From an uncultured Eubacteriales bacterium (GTDB lineage: Bacteria; Bacillota; Clostridia; Oscillospirales; CAG-272): a stretch of 35,143 bases of DNA. Location: NCBI GenBank assembly GCA_900555785.1, contig USMO01000002.1, positions 1-35,143 on the forward strand, given 5' to 3'. The translations under genes and the position numbers were made by a program. The notes beneath the pieces are model-generated. The model ran no database searches and was not told where the DNA came from. It saw nothing but the letters and a program-made list of their open reading frames with translations. This document shows positions 24,496 through 32,701 of the stretch, one piece after another. Each line of letters starts with the position of its first letter. Positions within the stretch are counted from its first letter, which is position 1.

Positions 24496-24657
24496 ATGAA
24501 AAAGAAGTATTCAATTCCGTTTGCGGAAGCCATTCATTGCGATTTCTGCGATATTCTGACTTCTTCCGACACCGCTACTGAAACCGCTACCAATGCAGTG
24601 GGCCAGAAGGGCGGCAGTAACGGCGACTGCTACGGCGATGATTGCTTTCCAAAATAA
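24496..24657 (+). CDS. 53-aa Cys-rich small protein (not in the supplied ORF track)
   Basis: AAGGAGAA lies 8 nt upstream of the ATG. The product is MKKKYSIPFAEAIHCDFCDILTSSDTATETATNAVGQKGGSNGDCYGDDCFPK. It has CxxC and CxxxxC pairs and no signal peptide. Confidence 0.5.
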   Translation: MKKKYSIPFAEAIHCDFCDILTSSDTATETATNAVGQKGGSNGDCYGDDCFPK

Positions 24658-24687
24658 AATGTCTGACAGATAACGGAGGATTTACCA

Positions 24688-24897
24688 ATGAAAAAACTGA
24701 CAGCAGCTATTCTTGCCTTGCTGATCTGCGTTTTTGCGTTTGCTTCGTGCGGTTCGGATAGCAACAAGCCGTCCGATACGACGCCGAACACGACCGATGT
24801 AGGAACCAAGCAGCAGGATGAGACACCGACAAAGGCAAATTCCGGAAACGAAACCTCTGCGCCTGAATCGACGCGTGAGTGGTCCGACCGCTATTGA
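24688..24897 (+). CDS. small low-complexity lipoprotein
   Basis: 69 aa with lipobox FASC, a Thr/Pro/Ser/Asp-rich tail and a GGAGGA SD. Confidence 0.55.
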   Translation: MKKLTAAILALLICVFAFASCGSDSNKPSDTTPNTTDVGTKQQDETPTKANSGNETSAPESTREWSDRY

Positions 24898-24911
24898 GCT
24901 ATTGATCTTTG

Positions 24912-24950
24912 GTTACAGACGGCGCATCGCGCCGTCTGTAACTTGTAAGT
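24912..24950 (+). terminator. strong hairpin (partial terminator or processing site inside the gene cluster)
   Basis: GTTACAGACGGCGC-atc-GCGCCGTCTGTAAC perfect 14-bp stem, then TTGTAAGTT. Confidence 0.5.
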
Positions 24951-24971
24951 TCGTTACAGAAAGGAACCAAT

Positions 24972-26429
24972 ATGAAAAGATTTATCAGCCTTACCCTTGC
25001 TCTTCTGATGGTGCTCGGCGCGATGGCGCTGACCGCCTGCAAGAAAGACTCCGGGAAGAACCCGTCCGGTACAACAAACAGCACGGCTCAGACCGAAGAC
25101 CCGAACGTCAACGCGGACGAGCACTTCGATGTCCCGAAGCAGGAAATCGGACGCGTGATGACCGCCCTGACCTACAACAGCACCATTCCCGAATTCGGCA
25201 AAGAAGAGGACGAATCGGGTGACTCCGTCAACTATGCGCTGGTTCAGCGGGACAACATTGTCAAAGAGCACCTCGGCATCGAGATGAAGGTTACCTCCAT
25301 TGAAGGACAGTTCGGTTCGATGACCTCCTTCATCGAAACCGTTACCAACACGGTGTTCGGAAATGTGGAGGCATATGACATTGTCGGTGCATACTGTCTG
25401 ATTCCCGTGTCCCTTATGGTCACTGGAATCACCGAAGATCTGAATACCGTTGAGAATGTGGATTTCTCCAAAACATGGTGGTCGGATTTTATTCATGACG
25501 CGGTTACCCTGAACAATAAAACCTACTTCATGTCGGGTGAACTTTCCGCAAACCTGCTGTACAACATGCAGGTCATGCTGTTCAACACCAGTCTGCTCGA
25601 AAACTACAGCGACCTGACCAAAAACGATCTGTACAGCCTGGTTGACAATAACGAGTGGACCATTGATCGCTTCTTTGAGATCGCGTCCGCTCTGTCGCTT
25701 CCGTCCGATACCGTTGACGCGGTGTCCAAGATCTACGCAGTCGGAATGTCTGACCAGAACCAGCTGGACAGCTTCTATATTGCATCCGGACTGCATCTGT
25801 TCGAGATTCAGGACGGTTCTCTTGCAGTTTCGCAGGATACCACTTCCAATAAAGTTCTGAGTCTGTTGGAAAAGGTGAAGAATGCGGCATACGACTCGCA
25901 GATTTTCAACATCAACGGCGGAACGACAGGCTTCAAAACCAACAAGGAAGTCTTTACGATTGCCGCTGTCAAATACGTTAAGACCGATTTTAACGAAATG
26001 AGGGATATCGGGCTTCTCCCGTTCCCGAAATATTCGGAGGATGATTCCTACCATACCCTGCTGGGCAATGACCATGCGGAATATTTCATCACGACCAATG
26101 TAAAGAACAAAGCGGAATCGGGTGCATTCCTGGAAACGCTTGCCTACGCCGGAAGCATTCAGATCACTCCCGATGTTTACTACCGGATCATGAAAAAGCA
26201 GTACAGCAAGGATCCTGATTCTTCGAGAATGTTCGATATTATCCGCGCCGGAACCACCACCGAGTTCGGAATCCTGAGCTATAACCTCTTTGAAGGAGGC
26301 AATGCGCCCGCTTCCATGTTCCGTAATGCGGTTCTGCTGAAGAGAGACTGGGTCTCCTATTACAAGGAATCGTTTGAATCTCCGATGGCAAAGGTCGCGG
26401 ATCAGCTGAACGCATTCTTTGAGGATTGA
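24972..26429 (+). CDS. extracellular solute-binding-protein-like lipoprotein (ABC SBP family 1-like) without cognate permease or ATPase nearby
   Basis: 485 aa with lipobox LTAC. Size and composition are typical of large sugar SBPs. Confidence 0.6.
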   Translation: MKRFISLTLALLMVLGAMALTACKKDSGKNPSGTTNSTAQTEDPNVNADEHFDVPKQEIGRVMTALTYNSTIPEFGKEEDESGDSVNYALVQRDNIVKEHLGIEMKVTSIEGQFGSMTSFIETVTNTVFGNVEAYDIVGAYCLIPVSLMVTGITEDLNTVENVDFSKTWWSDFIHDAVTLNNKTYFMSGELSANLLYNMQVMLFNTSLLENYSDLTKNDLYSLVDNNEWTIDRFFEIASALSLPSDTVDAVSKIYAVGMSDQNQLDSFYIASGLHLFEIQDGSLAVSQDTTSNKVLSLLEKVKNAAYDSQIFNINGGTTGFKTNKEVFTIAAVKYVKTDFNEMRDIGLLPFPKYSEDDSYHTLLGNDHAEYFITTNVKNKAESGAFLETLAYAGSIQITPDVYYRIMKKQYSKDPDSSRMFDIIRAGTTTEFGILSYNLFEGGNAPASMFRNAVLLKRDWVSYYKESFESPMAKVADQLNAFFED

Positions 26430-26439
26430 GGTGCGCCGG

Positions 26440-28245
26440 ATGAAACAACGCAAGCCCAATCGCTGGGTTTTGATTCCGACGCTGCTTCTCCTGCTTGCTG
26501 TTTGTCTGGGGCTGTTTTCCTGTCAGAACACAGAGCAGCCCCCGACCCCCGGGTCGGACGGAAGCGCCGGCGGAAGTACCGCTGTTTCGGAGACCGAGAC
26601 CGAAACTGCGGACGGCGGTAATACCGTCAGAAATGTGACGCTTGCAACGGGCACGAAAGCCGCTTTTACCGTTGTCCGTCCCGATGGCTGTTCTTCTGCT
26701 CTCGAATCAACCGTTGCCTCGTTGGTTGATACCCTCCACCGTGCAACGGGGGCGTGGTTTGTATCCACAACCGATTCCGATTTCAGCGAAACGCCTGTTG
26801 AAAGCTCGATGGAGATTATCATTGGCAACTGCTACCGTGCCGATACCGTGCGGGTGTTGAAGAGTCTCAAATATAAGGATTATGAAATCTGTCTGACGGA
26901 AAACAACATTGTGGTTGCGGCATACACCGATGAAGCCGCTATCAGTGGCGCACAACGTTTGGCACAGATGATCGAAAGCAACACCGTAAAGGACGATCGT
27001 AGCGCGGTTCTGACGTGGAAAAAGGACTACACCTATCGGGCGTTGATCTATAAGCTCAAGGATATCACGCTGAACAACGTTTCCGTGCAGAATTTCCGCA
27101 TCGTTTATCCTGCCAAGGATTCGGTTGCACAAAGCGTGGCAGAGAATATCCAAACGGTAATCGGTGAAGTCTGCGGAGCCGTTCCGGAGGTCGTTCCGGA
27201 TTCCGAGCCAAAGGCAGAGCATGAGATTCTGGTTGGAAATACCGCCCGCAGTACAGAGGAAACCGCTTCGGCAAATCTGCAGCAGGGGCAGTATCTGATG
27301 CTGGCAAAAGGCGGAAACATCTATTTTATCGGTTCGTCCGCAACGCTGACAACCACCCTTGTAACGGAATTCAAAGCGTATCTGGATGCGAAAAAAGGAG
27401 TACTGGACGATATGAATGAACGGAAATCTCTGAATGTTCCCGGTGAGTTTGCCGCAAATGCCGGGGATGTGCGGATTATGGAATACAATGTTCTGGTGGA
27501 ATTCGCAGGTTGGGGTTCGGGTGGAAAAATTCCTGCCGATGTGAATCTGCGCAAGGGGATCATCGCTTCGCTGATCAACGGCTATTCGCCCGATGTGCTC
27601 TGCCTGTGCGAGTTTTTCGACACATGGAGTCAGGAACTGCCGCCGCTGTTGGATTCCAAGTACAAATTCGTAAGCCTGACCCGCCCGGACGGACTGTCCA
27701 ACCGGACTTCGCTGGTCTATAACTCCGAAACGCTGACCCTGATTGAGGGTGGATACGAGGATATCAGCATTCATCCGACAACAGACGCGCCTTGGAACGA
27801 TGATGTGAACCATCGCGTCATTATGTGGGGCGTTTTTGAAGTGAAGGCAACCGGAAAGCGCTTTATGACGCTCGGAACGCATTATACCTCCACGGCAAGC
27901 GCGACTTCCGAACTTACGGCACAGGAGCATCTGGAAGCACAGAAGGTGATGCAGGCAGAAATGACGCTCAAGCGGCTGGATACGCTGAAAAAGACCTACA
28001 ATGTGCCCGCAATTATTCTCGGCGATCTGAATACCGCAAAAGGCTCGGATTGCTACACCACGATCAAGCGTTGGACCGGTTACGGTGACGTGGCGGATTC
28101 CTTCCCGAACGATTATCTTGCCGATCATATTTTCTACGATCCGAACGGATTTTCGCTGAAAAACGCAATTCTGGAGAAAGGGAAAAAAGCGGATACCGCC
28201 TCCGACCATTGGCCGATGATTGCGGACTTTTCCTTTTTGAAGTGA
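26440..28245 (+). CDS. lipoprotein with a C-terminal endonuclease/exonuclease/phosphatase (EEP) domain
   Basis: I chose the ATG at 26440. Lipobox LFSC. EEP motifs: RIMEYNVL, LCLCEF, ILGDLNT, SDHWPMIADF. The N-terminal half has two similar ~120-aa repeats ending in E(I/H)(I/L)(I/V)GN. Confidence 0.7.
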   Translation: MKQRKPNRWVLIPTLLLLLAVCLGLFSCQNTEQPPTPGSDGSAGGSTAVSETETETADGGNTVRNVTLATGTKAAFTVVRPDGCSSALESTVASLVDTLHRATGAWFVSTTDSDFSETPVESSMEIIIGNCYRADTVRVLKSLKYKDYEICLTENNIVVAAYTDEAAISGAQRLAQMIESNTVKDDRSAVLTWKKDYTYRALIYKLKDITLNNVSVQNFRIVYPAKDSVAQSVAENIQTVIGEVCGAVPEVVPDSEPKAEHEILVGNTARSTEETASANLQQGQYLMLAKGGNIYFIGSSATLTTTLVTEFKAYLDAKKGVLDDMNERKSLNVPGEFAANAGDVRIMEYNVLVEFAGWGSGGKIPADVNLRKGIIASLINGYSPDVLCLCEFFDTWSQELPPLLDSKYKFVSLTRPDGLSNRTSLVYNSETLTLIEGGYEDISIHPTTDAPWNDDVNHRVIMWGVFEVKATGKRFMTLGTHYTSTASATSELTAQEHLEAQKVMQAEMTLKRLDTLKKTYNVPAIILGDLNTAKGSDCYTTIKRWTGYGDVADSFPNDYLADHIFYDPNGFSLKNAILEKGKKADTASDHWPMIADFSFLK

Positions 28246-28249
28246 TCCG

Positions 28250-29182
28250 ATGCTGACAAAAGAACAACTCGAAAAAAATCTTGAAGTCCCGCAGGGGCGG
28301 GTCGATGTGATTCTGGACACCGATACCTTCAACGAGGCGGATGATCAGTTTGCACTGGCGTACCTGCTCCTGTCCGGGGAAAAGCTGAACACGGTCGGCA
28401 TCTGCGCCGCGCCGTTCTTCAATGCAAACAGCACCTCTCCCGCCGACGGCATGGAGAAAAGCTACGGTGAGATCCTGCATATTCTCGGGCTGATGCACCG
28501 CGAAGAGCTGATCCCGAACGTATATCGGGGCGCCTGTGGCTATCTGCCGGACGAAAAAACGCCGGTTGTGACCGACGCGTCGGAGTTCATGGTGCGGGAA
28601 GCACGGAAGCATTCGCCCGAAAACCCGCTTTACATCGTTTCCATTGCGGCGGCAACCAATGCGGCGTCTGCCATTCTGACAGATCCGGTTGCAATGACGG
28701 AAAATGTTGTCCACATCTGGCTGGGCGGTCATGCGCTCCATTGGGTGGACACCAAGGAGTTCAACATGAAGCAGGATGTTGCGGCAGCTCGGGTTTTGTT
28801 CGGTTGCGGTGCACCGCTGGTACAGCTGCCGTGTAACGGTGTTGCAAGCGGCTTTACCACGACCGAGCCGGAACTGCGACATTACCTGAAGGGGAAAAAT
28901 CCGCTCTGTGACTATCTGCTTGCGAAGGCAACGGAGGGAATGGACCGTCGTTTCCGGGACATCGCGTGGGACCGTGCCATTTGGGATGTGACCGCCGTGG
29001 GGTGGTTGCTCAACGAAAACAACCGCATGATGCTCTCCTATCTGCGTCCGGCGCTGATTCCGCAATATGACGGAACCTATTCGGAGCAGCCCACGCGGCA
29101 TCCCATGCGCTATGTGTATTTTGTCTGCCGTTACGGACTGATGACCGATCTGTTCCGAAAACTGAGCGGAGCAAATCAATGA
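28250..29182 (+). CDS. nucleoside hydrolase (inosine-uridine preferring, IUNH fold), cytoplasmic
   Basis: 310 aa with the N-terminal Asp cluster ILDTDTFNEADDQFALAY. Confidence 0.75.
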   Translation: MLTKEQLEKNLEVPQGRVDVILDTDTFNEADDQFALAYLLLSGEKLNTVGICAAPFFNANSTSPADGMEKSYGEILHILGLMHREELIPNVYRGACGYLPDEKTPVVTDASEFMVREARKHSPENPLYIVSIAAATNAASAILTDPVAMTENVVHIWLGGHALHWVDTKEFNMKQDVAAARVLFGCGAPLVQLPCNGVASGFTTTEPELRHYLKGKNPLCDYLLAKATEGMDRRFRDIAWDRAIWDVTAVGWLLNENNRMMLSYLRPALIPQYDGTYSEQPTRHPMRYVYFVCRYGLMTDLFRKLSGANQ

Positions 29183-29215
29183 AGCGAAGCGACTGTAAAG
29201 CCCTTCAGAACGCTG

Positions 29216-29254
29216 ACAAAGCCTATCTCGGACAGAGATAGGCTTTGTTTTTTT
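29216..29254 (+). terminator. rho-independent terminator at the end of the gene cluster
   Basis: ACAAAGCCTATCTC / GAGATAGGCTTTGT stem followed by TTTTTT. Confidence 0.8.
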
Positions 29255-29368
29255 GATACAATCAGATGAAGATTCCCCATTGTACAGCCGATTTTTTTCG
29301 TTCAACCTCAGGCATTTCGCCAATAGGTGACGTGCTTGGAAGAAGGCTGAAAAGTTCCTTTTTGCTTA

Positions 29369-30244
29369 TCACCTGTCGGTGTGAGGGGACTTCTCATATT
29401 CGGACGGATTGACACCGAAATAGTTTTTGTAGCTCCGCGAAAAGCTGTGAATGGAGGAATAACCCAACTGCTCGCTGACCTGCGTTACGGTCAGCCCCTG
29501 CCCCAGAAGCCGGTTGGCCTCCTTCATCCGGCAGGAAAGGTAGAACTCATTCAAATGCTTGCCAGTGATGCGGAAGAAGCGCTTGGACAGATAGCTGTAA
29601 TTATAATTGAAGATGTCCTCCAAATCGCGCAGGCGGGTCAGCGCGGCAATGTTGCGCGTGATGTACGTCTCCACCCGGTAGACCAGCACCGCATCGTCGG
29701 TGATTTTCGGGAAATAGCAGTCGTGCCGGTTGTCGGTTCCCGAGCGGATGTAATCAATCAGCATCTCCGCCATCAGGTATCCCGCCATCTCCAGCCGGAA
29801 CGGGCTGTCGCTCTGCAGCTCGGAAAACAGCCGGACAATCAGCGGGCTTTGATCCTGCATGGCAATGCATCTGGCGTTTTCCGCTCGGAACAGGCGTCCC
29901 AGCTCGTCAAACAGATAGGAAAAGGACGGGTTTCCGGGGTTGCGCTCAAAGCCGAGGAACACGAACCGGAGCGGGTCGACGCTGTCGGACATAATGGCGT
30001 GGTTCTCGCCCGGAAAGGACAGCACGCAGTCGTTCTTCTTCACGTGGTTTTGCACGCCGCCCGTCTGAACCGTGCCCGTTCCGGACAGCACATAGGTCAG
30101 CTCATAGCAGCACTGGCTGTGCACCGCAACCGCGGAATCCGCATTGCACCACAGCTCTCCGTACTGATAAAGCGCGAACCCTGCACACCGCAGCCGCTCC
30201 ACGCTGACATTGTCAAAATGGTACTGATACGGAATGTTATCCAT
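29369..30244 (-). CDS. AraC family transcriptional regulator (cupin + HTH)
   Basis: 291 aa with C-terminal VTQVSEQLGYSSIHSFSRSYKNYFGVNP. Confidence 0.85.
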   Translation of the reverse strand: MDNIPYQYHFDNVSVERLRCAGFALYQYGELWCNADSAVAVHSQCCYELTYVLSGTGTVQTGGVQNHVKKNDCVLSFPGENHAIMSDSVDPLRFVFLGFERNPGNPSFSYLFDELGRLFRAENARCIAMQDQSPLIVRLFSELQSDSPFRLEMAGYLMAEMLIDYIRSGTDNRHDCYFPKITDDAVLVYRVETYITRNIAALTRLRDLEDIFNYNYSYLSKRFFRITGKHLNEFYLSCRMKEANRLLGQGLTVTQVSEQLGYSSIHSFSRSYKNYFGVNPSEYEKSPHTDR

Positions 30245-30287
30245 ATTCCTACCTCCCGGAATTTTTCGACAGAGGCGGGGGAGGCTC

Positions 30288-31133
30288 TTACAGCTTCTCC
30301 CGAATGAACCCGACTGCGCCGCGGATGTCCTCCAGCGGATGGTCGCCGGCCTCGCGCTCCAGCGTCAGATAGCCGTCAAAGCCCGCGCGCTTCAACGCTG
30401 CAAGATAGCGGTCCCACGGTACATCGCCCTCGCCGATCGGCAGCTCCGTAAAGGATTTGCAGGCGTTCAGCGCCTCCACACCGCCAATCGCAAAACTGTG
30501 GTAGATCTCCTCGGGCGTCATATCGTCGTTGAGCTTTCTTCCGTCCTTGAGGTGCGTGTGAACAATGTATTTGCCCAGCAGGTCTACCGCCTCTGCGGGG
30601 TCCTGCCCGGTCACCATCACAAAGTTTGCCGGGTCAAGGTTGACGCCAACGCCGCCCTTTGTTCCTTCCAGAAAATGCAGCAGCGTTCTGGCCGGCTCCG
30701 GCCCGGTTTCAATCGCCAGCGTAACGCCGCGCGACTGCGCATACAGGCCGCATTCGGTCAGCGCGCGCTGCATCACGCCAAAGCGCGGATTGCTGTCGTC
30801 CGATGGGATCACGCCGATGTGCGTGGTCACCACTGCCGCGCCGAGATCTACCGCGAGATCCACAATCGCCTTGGTCTTTTCAATCCGCAGGGCGTTGTCC
30901 GCCTCGCGCTCAAAGCCGTAGCCGCCCATGTCGCCGCACAGCGCGGAAATCTCCATTCCGTTTTCCTTCAGAAACGCGCAGAACTCCGTCCGTGCGTCCG
31001 CGTCCAGCACATCCGGGCAGAACGCGCCGGTGGTGGCATAAATCTGCACACCGGTCAGCCCCAGCGATTTCGCGGTCAGAACCGCTTCCCGCACCGGCTG
31101 CTTGAGACAGTCTGTAATCACTCCGAGTTTCAT
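30288..31133 (-). CDS. sugar phosphate isomerase/epimerase (xylose isomerase-like TIM barrel, AP_endonuc_2 fold)
   Basis: I chose the ATG at 31133 (AAAGGAGGA upstream). It shows VTLAIETGPE, VGVNLDPANF and HTHLKDG patterns. Confidence 0.8.
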   Translation of the reverse strand: MKLGVITDCLKQPVREAVLTAKSLGLTGVQIYATTGAFCPDVLDADARTEFCAFLKENGMEISALCGDMGGYGFEREADNALRIEKTKAIVDLAVDLGAAVVTTHIGVIPSDDSNPRFGVMQRALTECGLYAQSRGVTLAIETGPEPARTLLHFLEGTKGGVGVNLDPANFVMVTGQDPAEAVDLLGKYIVHTHLKDGRKLNDDMTPEEIYHSFAIGGVEALNACKSFTELPIGEGDVPWDRYLAALKRAGFDGYLTLEREAGDHPLEDIRGAVGFIREKL

Positions 31134-31180
31134 AACTTGTCCTCCTTTGCCCTGCCTTCCGCAGGGATTTCTCATATTCT

Positions 31181-31218
31181 ATTATACAATAAAACCCCGC
31201 CGGTTTCTTTATCATTTG
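31181..31218 (-). promoter_or_regulatory. box-dependent promoter P3 (isomerase-AraC operon)
   Basis: Minus strand CAAATGATAAAG (31218..31207), 20 nt, TATAAT (31186..31181). Confidence 0.6.
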
Positions 31219-31293
31219 TAAAACAAGTATTTAACAATTTATGTAGACTGAAAATTCGGCAAAAAAATCCATAAATGTTAAACAAGCGGATTG

Positions 31294-31331
31294 CAACAGA
31301 TAAAGACAAAACCGGAATTTGATGCTATAAT
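31294..31331 (+). promoter_or_regulatory. box-dependent promoter P4 (oxidoreductase 31380)
   Basis: CAACAGATAAAG (31294-31305, 10/12 match to the box), 20 nt, TGcTATAAT (31326-31331). Confidence 0.6.
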
Positions 31332-31379
31332 GCAGATAGCGGAAGAATCCGCAAAGTCTTTGAAAATGGGGATGATTCT

Positions 31380-32441
31380 ATGAAAAAACATTGCATTGCG
31401 GTCATCGGTTGCGGAAGAATCGCGCAGAACGCGCACCTTCCGGCATTTACAAAAATGGATAACGTCCGGGTGAAGTACGCCTGCGACCTGATTGCGGAGA
31501 AGGCAGAAAAAGCGGTTCGCGATTTCGGTTGCGAGCAGGCGATTACCGACTACAATATTGCGCTGAAAGATCCGGAAGTGGAAGCGGTCTGGGTGCTGAC
31601 CCCGAACTATGCGCACTACACCGTTACCATGGATGCGCTCCGCGCCGGCAAGCACGTTCTGTGCGAAAAGCCGATTACCGTCAGCTATCCGCTTTCCTGC
31701 GAAATGGCGGCAGAGGCCAAGAAGCAGGGCAAGCTGCTGAACATCGGTGTCTGCAACCGGTATCAGAAGTCGGTTGAGATGATCGAGGCGCTGAACGCTT
31801 CGGGTAAACTCGGCAATCTCTATCATGTTTACTGCTCGTTCCGCAACTATCGCAGCATTCCGGGACTGGGCGGCGCTTTTACAACCAAGGAACAGTCCGG
31901 CGGCGGCGTGCTGATCGACTGGGGTATTCACTTCCTTGACCTGATCCTGTACGTGCTGGGCGGCGCAAAACTCAAGACCGTTACCTGCGACACCTACAAC
32001 GAAATGGCAAAGAACATGAAGGATTATGTTTACAAGTCGATGTGGGCAGAGGATACCAAGGATCTGAACGGTACCAACGACGTGGACGATATGGTCACGG
32101 GCTACATCCGCACCGACAAGGCAAGCATTTCCTTCAACGGCGCATGGGCGCAGAACATCGGCGAGGACGAGATGTTCGTCGATTTCATGGGCGATAAGGG
32201 CGGTGTCCGTCTCCACTACGGAAAAGACTTTGAGTGGTGGACGGTTGAGGACGGCACGCTGATGAAGAAGCAGCCGCTCTACAAGATTCCGGATATGTAC
32301 CAGAAGGAAGACGAGGCGTTCATCTCCGCCATCGAAACCAGCGAGCACACCAAAACGCATATCGATAACATTCTGGAAAGCGCCAAGCTCCTGCAGGCAC
32401 TTTACGATTCGGCTGAGCAGAAGAAGGAGCTGACCTTCTGA
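31380..32441 (+). CDS. Gfo/Idh/MocA family oxidoreductase
   Basis: 353 aa with CIAVIGCGRIAQNAHLPAF and GKHVLCEKP. Confidence 0.85.
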   Translation: MKKHCIAVIGCGRIAQNAHLPAFTKMDNVRVKYACDLIAEKAEKAVRDFGCEQAITDYNIALKDPEVEAVWVLTPNYAHYTVTMDALRAGKHVLCEKPITVSYPLSCEMAAEAKKQGKLLNIGVCNRYQKSVEMIEALNASGKLGNLYHVYCSFRNYRSIPGLGGAFTTKEQSGGGVLIDWGIHFLDLILYVLGGAKLKTVTCDTYNEMAKNMKDYVYKSMWAEDTKDLNGTNDVDDMVTGYIRTDKASISFNGAWAQNIGEDEMFVDFMGDKGGVRLHYGKDFEWWTVEDGTLMKKQPLYKIPDMYQKEDEAFISAIETSEHTKTHIDNILESAKLLQALYDSAEQKKELTF

Positions 32442-32486
32442 AAAAATGAAGGTTGACCGGTTCGATTAGAAAGGTCAAAAGAGAAC

Positions 32487-32609
32487 GCCCCGTGTGTCGT
32501 TCCGTAAAATTATAAGGCAATACCGCGCAATTCCGATGGCACAATCACGAATTGCGCGGTGTTGCCTTCAGTAAGTGAAATTTTACGGAATGGCATACGG
32601 GGCTTTTTT
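32487..32609 (+). terminator. 117-nt near-perfect extended hairpin plus U-tract (elaborate terminator or 3'-UTR RNA element)
   Basis: Outer GCCCCGT/ACGGGGC, 6 bp with three G-T pairs, 12-bp TTCCGTAAAATT/AATTTTACGGAA, then a 20-bp inner helix with one T-G pair, then TTTTTT. Confidence 0.65.
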
Positions 32610-32686
32610 CTGCAGAGAACCCGGTATAAAGAAATTTGTTTATATTGATATGAACGGTTGCGCTTGATACTGATGTGACGAAACAA

Positions 32687-32695
32687 TGCTATATA
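32687..32695 (+). promoter_or_regulatory. extended -10 promoter (TGcTATATA)
   Basis: TG at 32687-32688 and TATATA at 32690-32695. There is no good -35. Confidence 0.4.
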
Positions 32696-32701
32696 CCCTG
32701 T

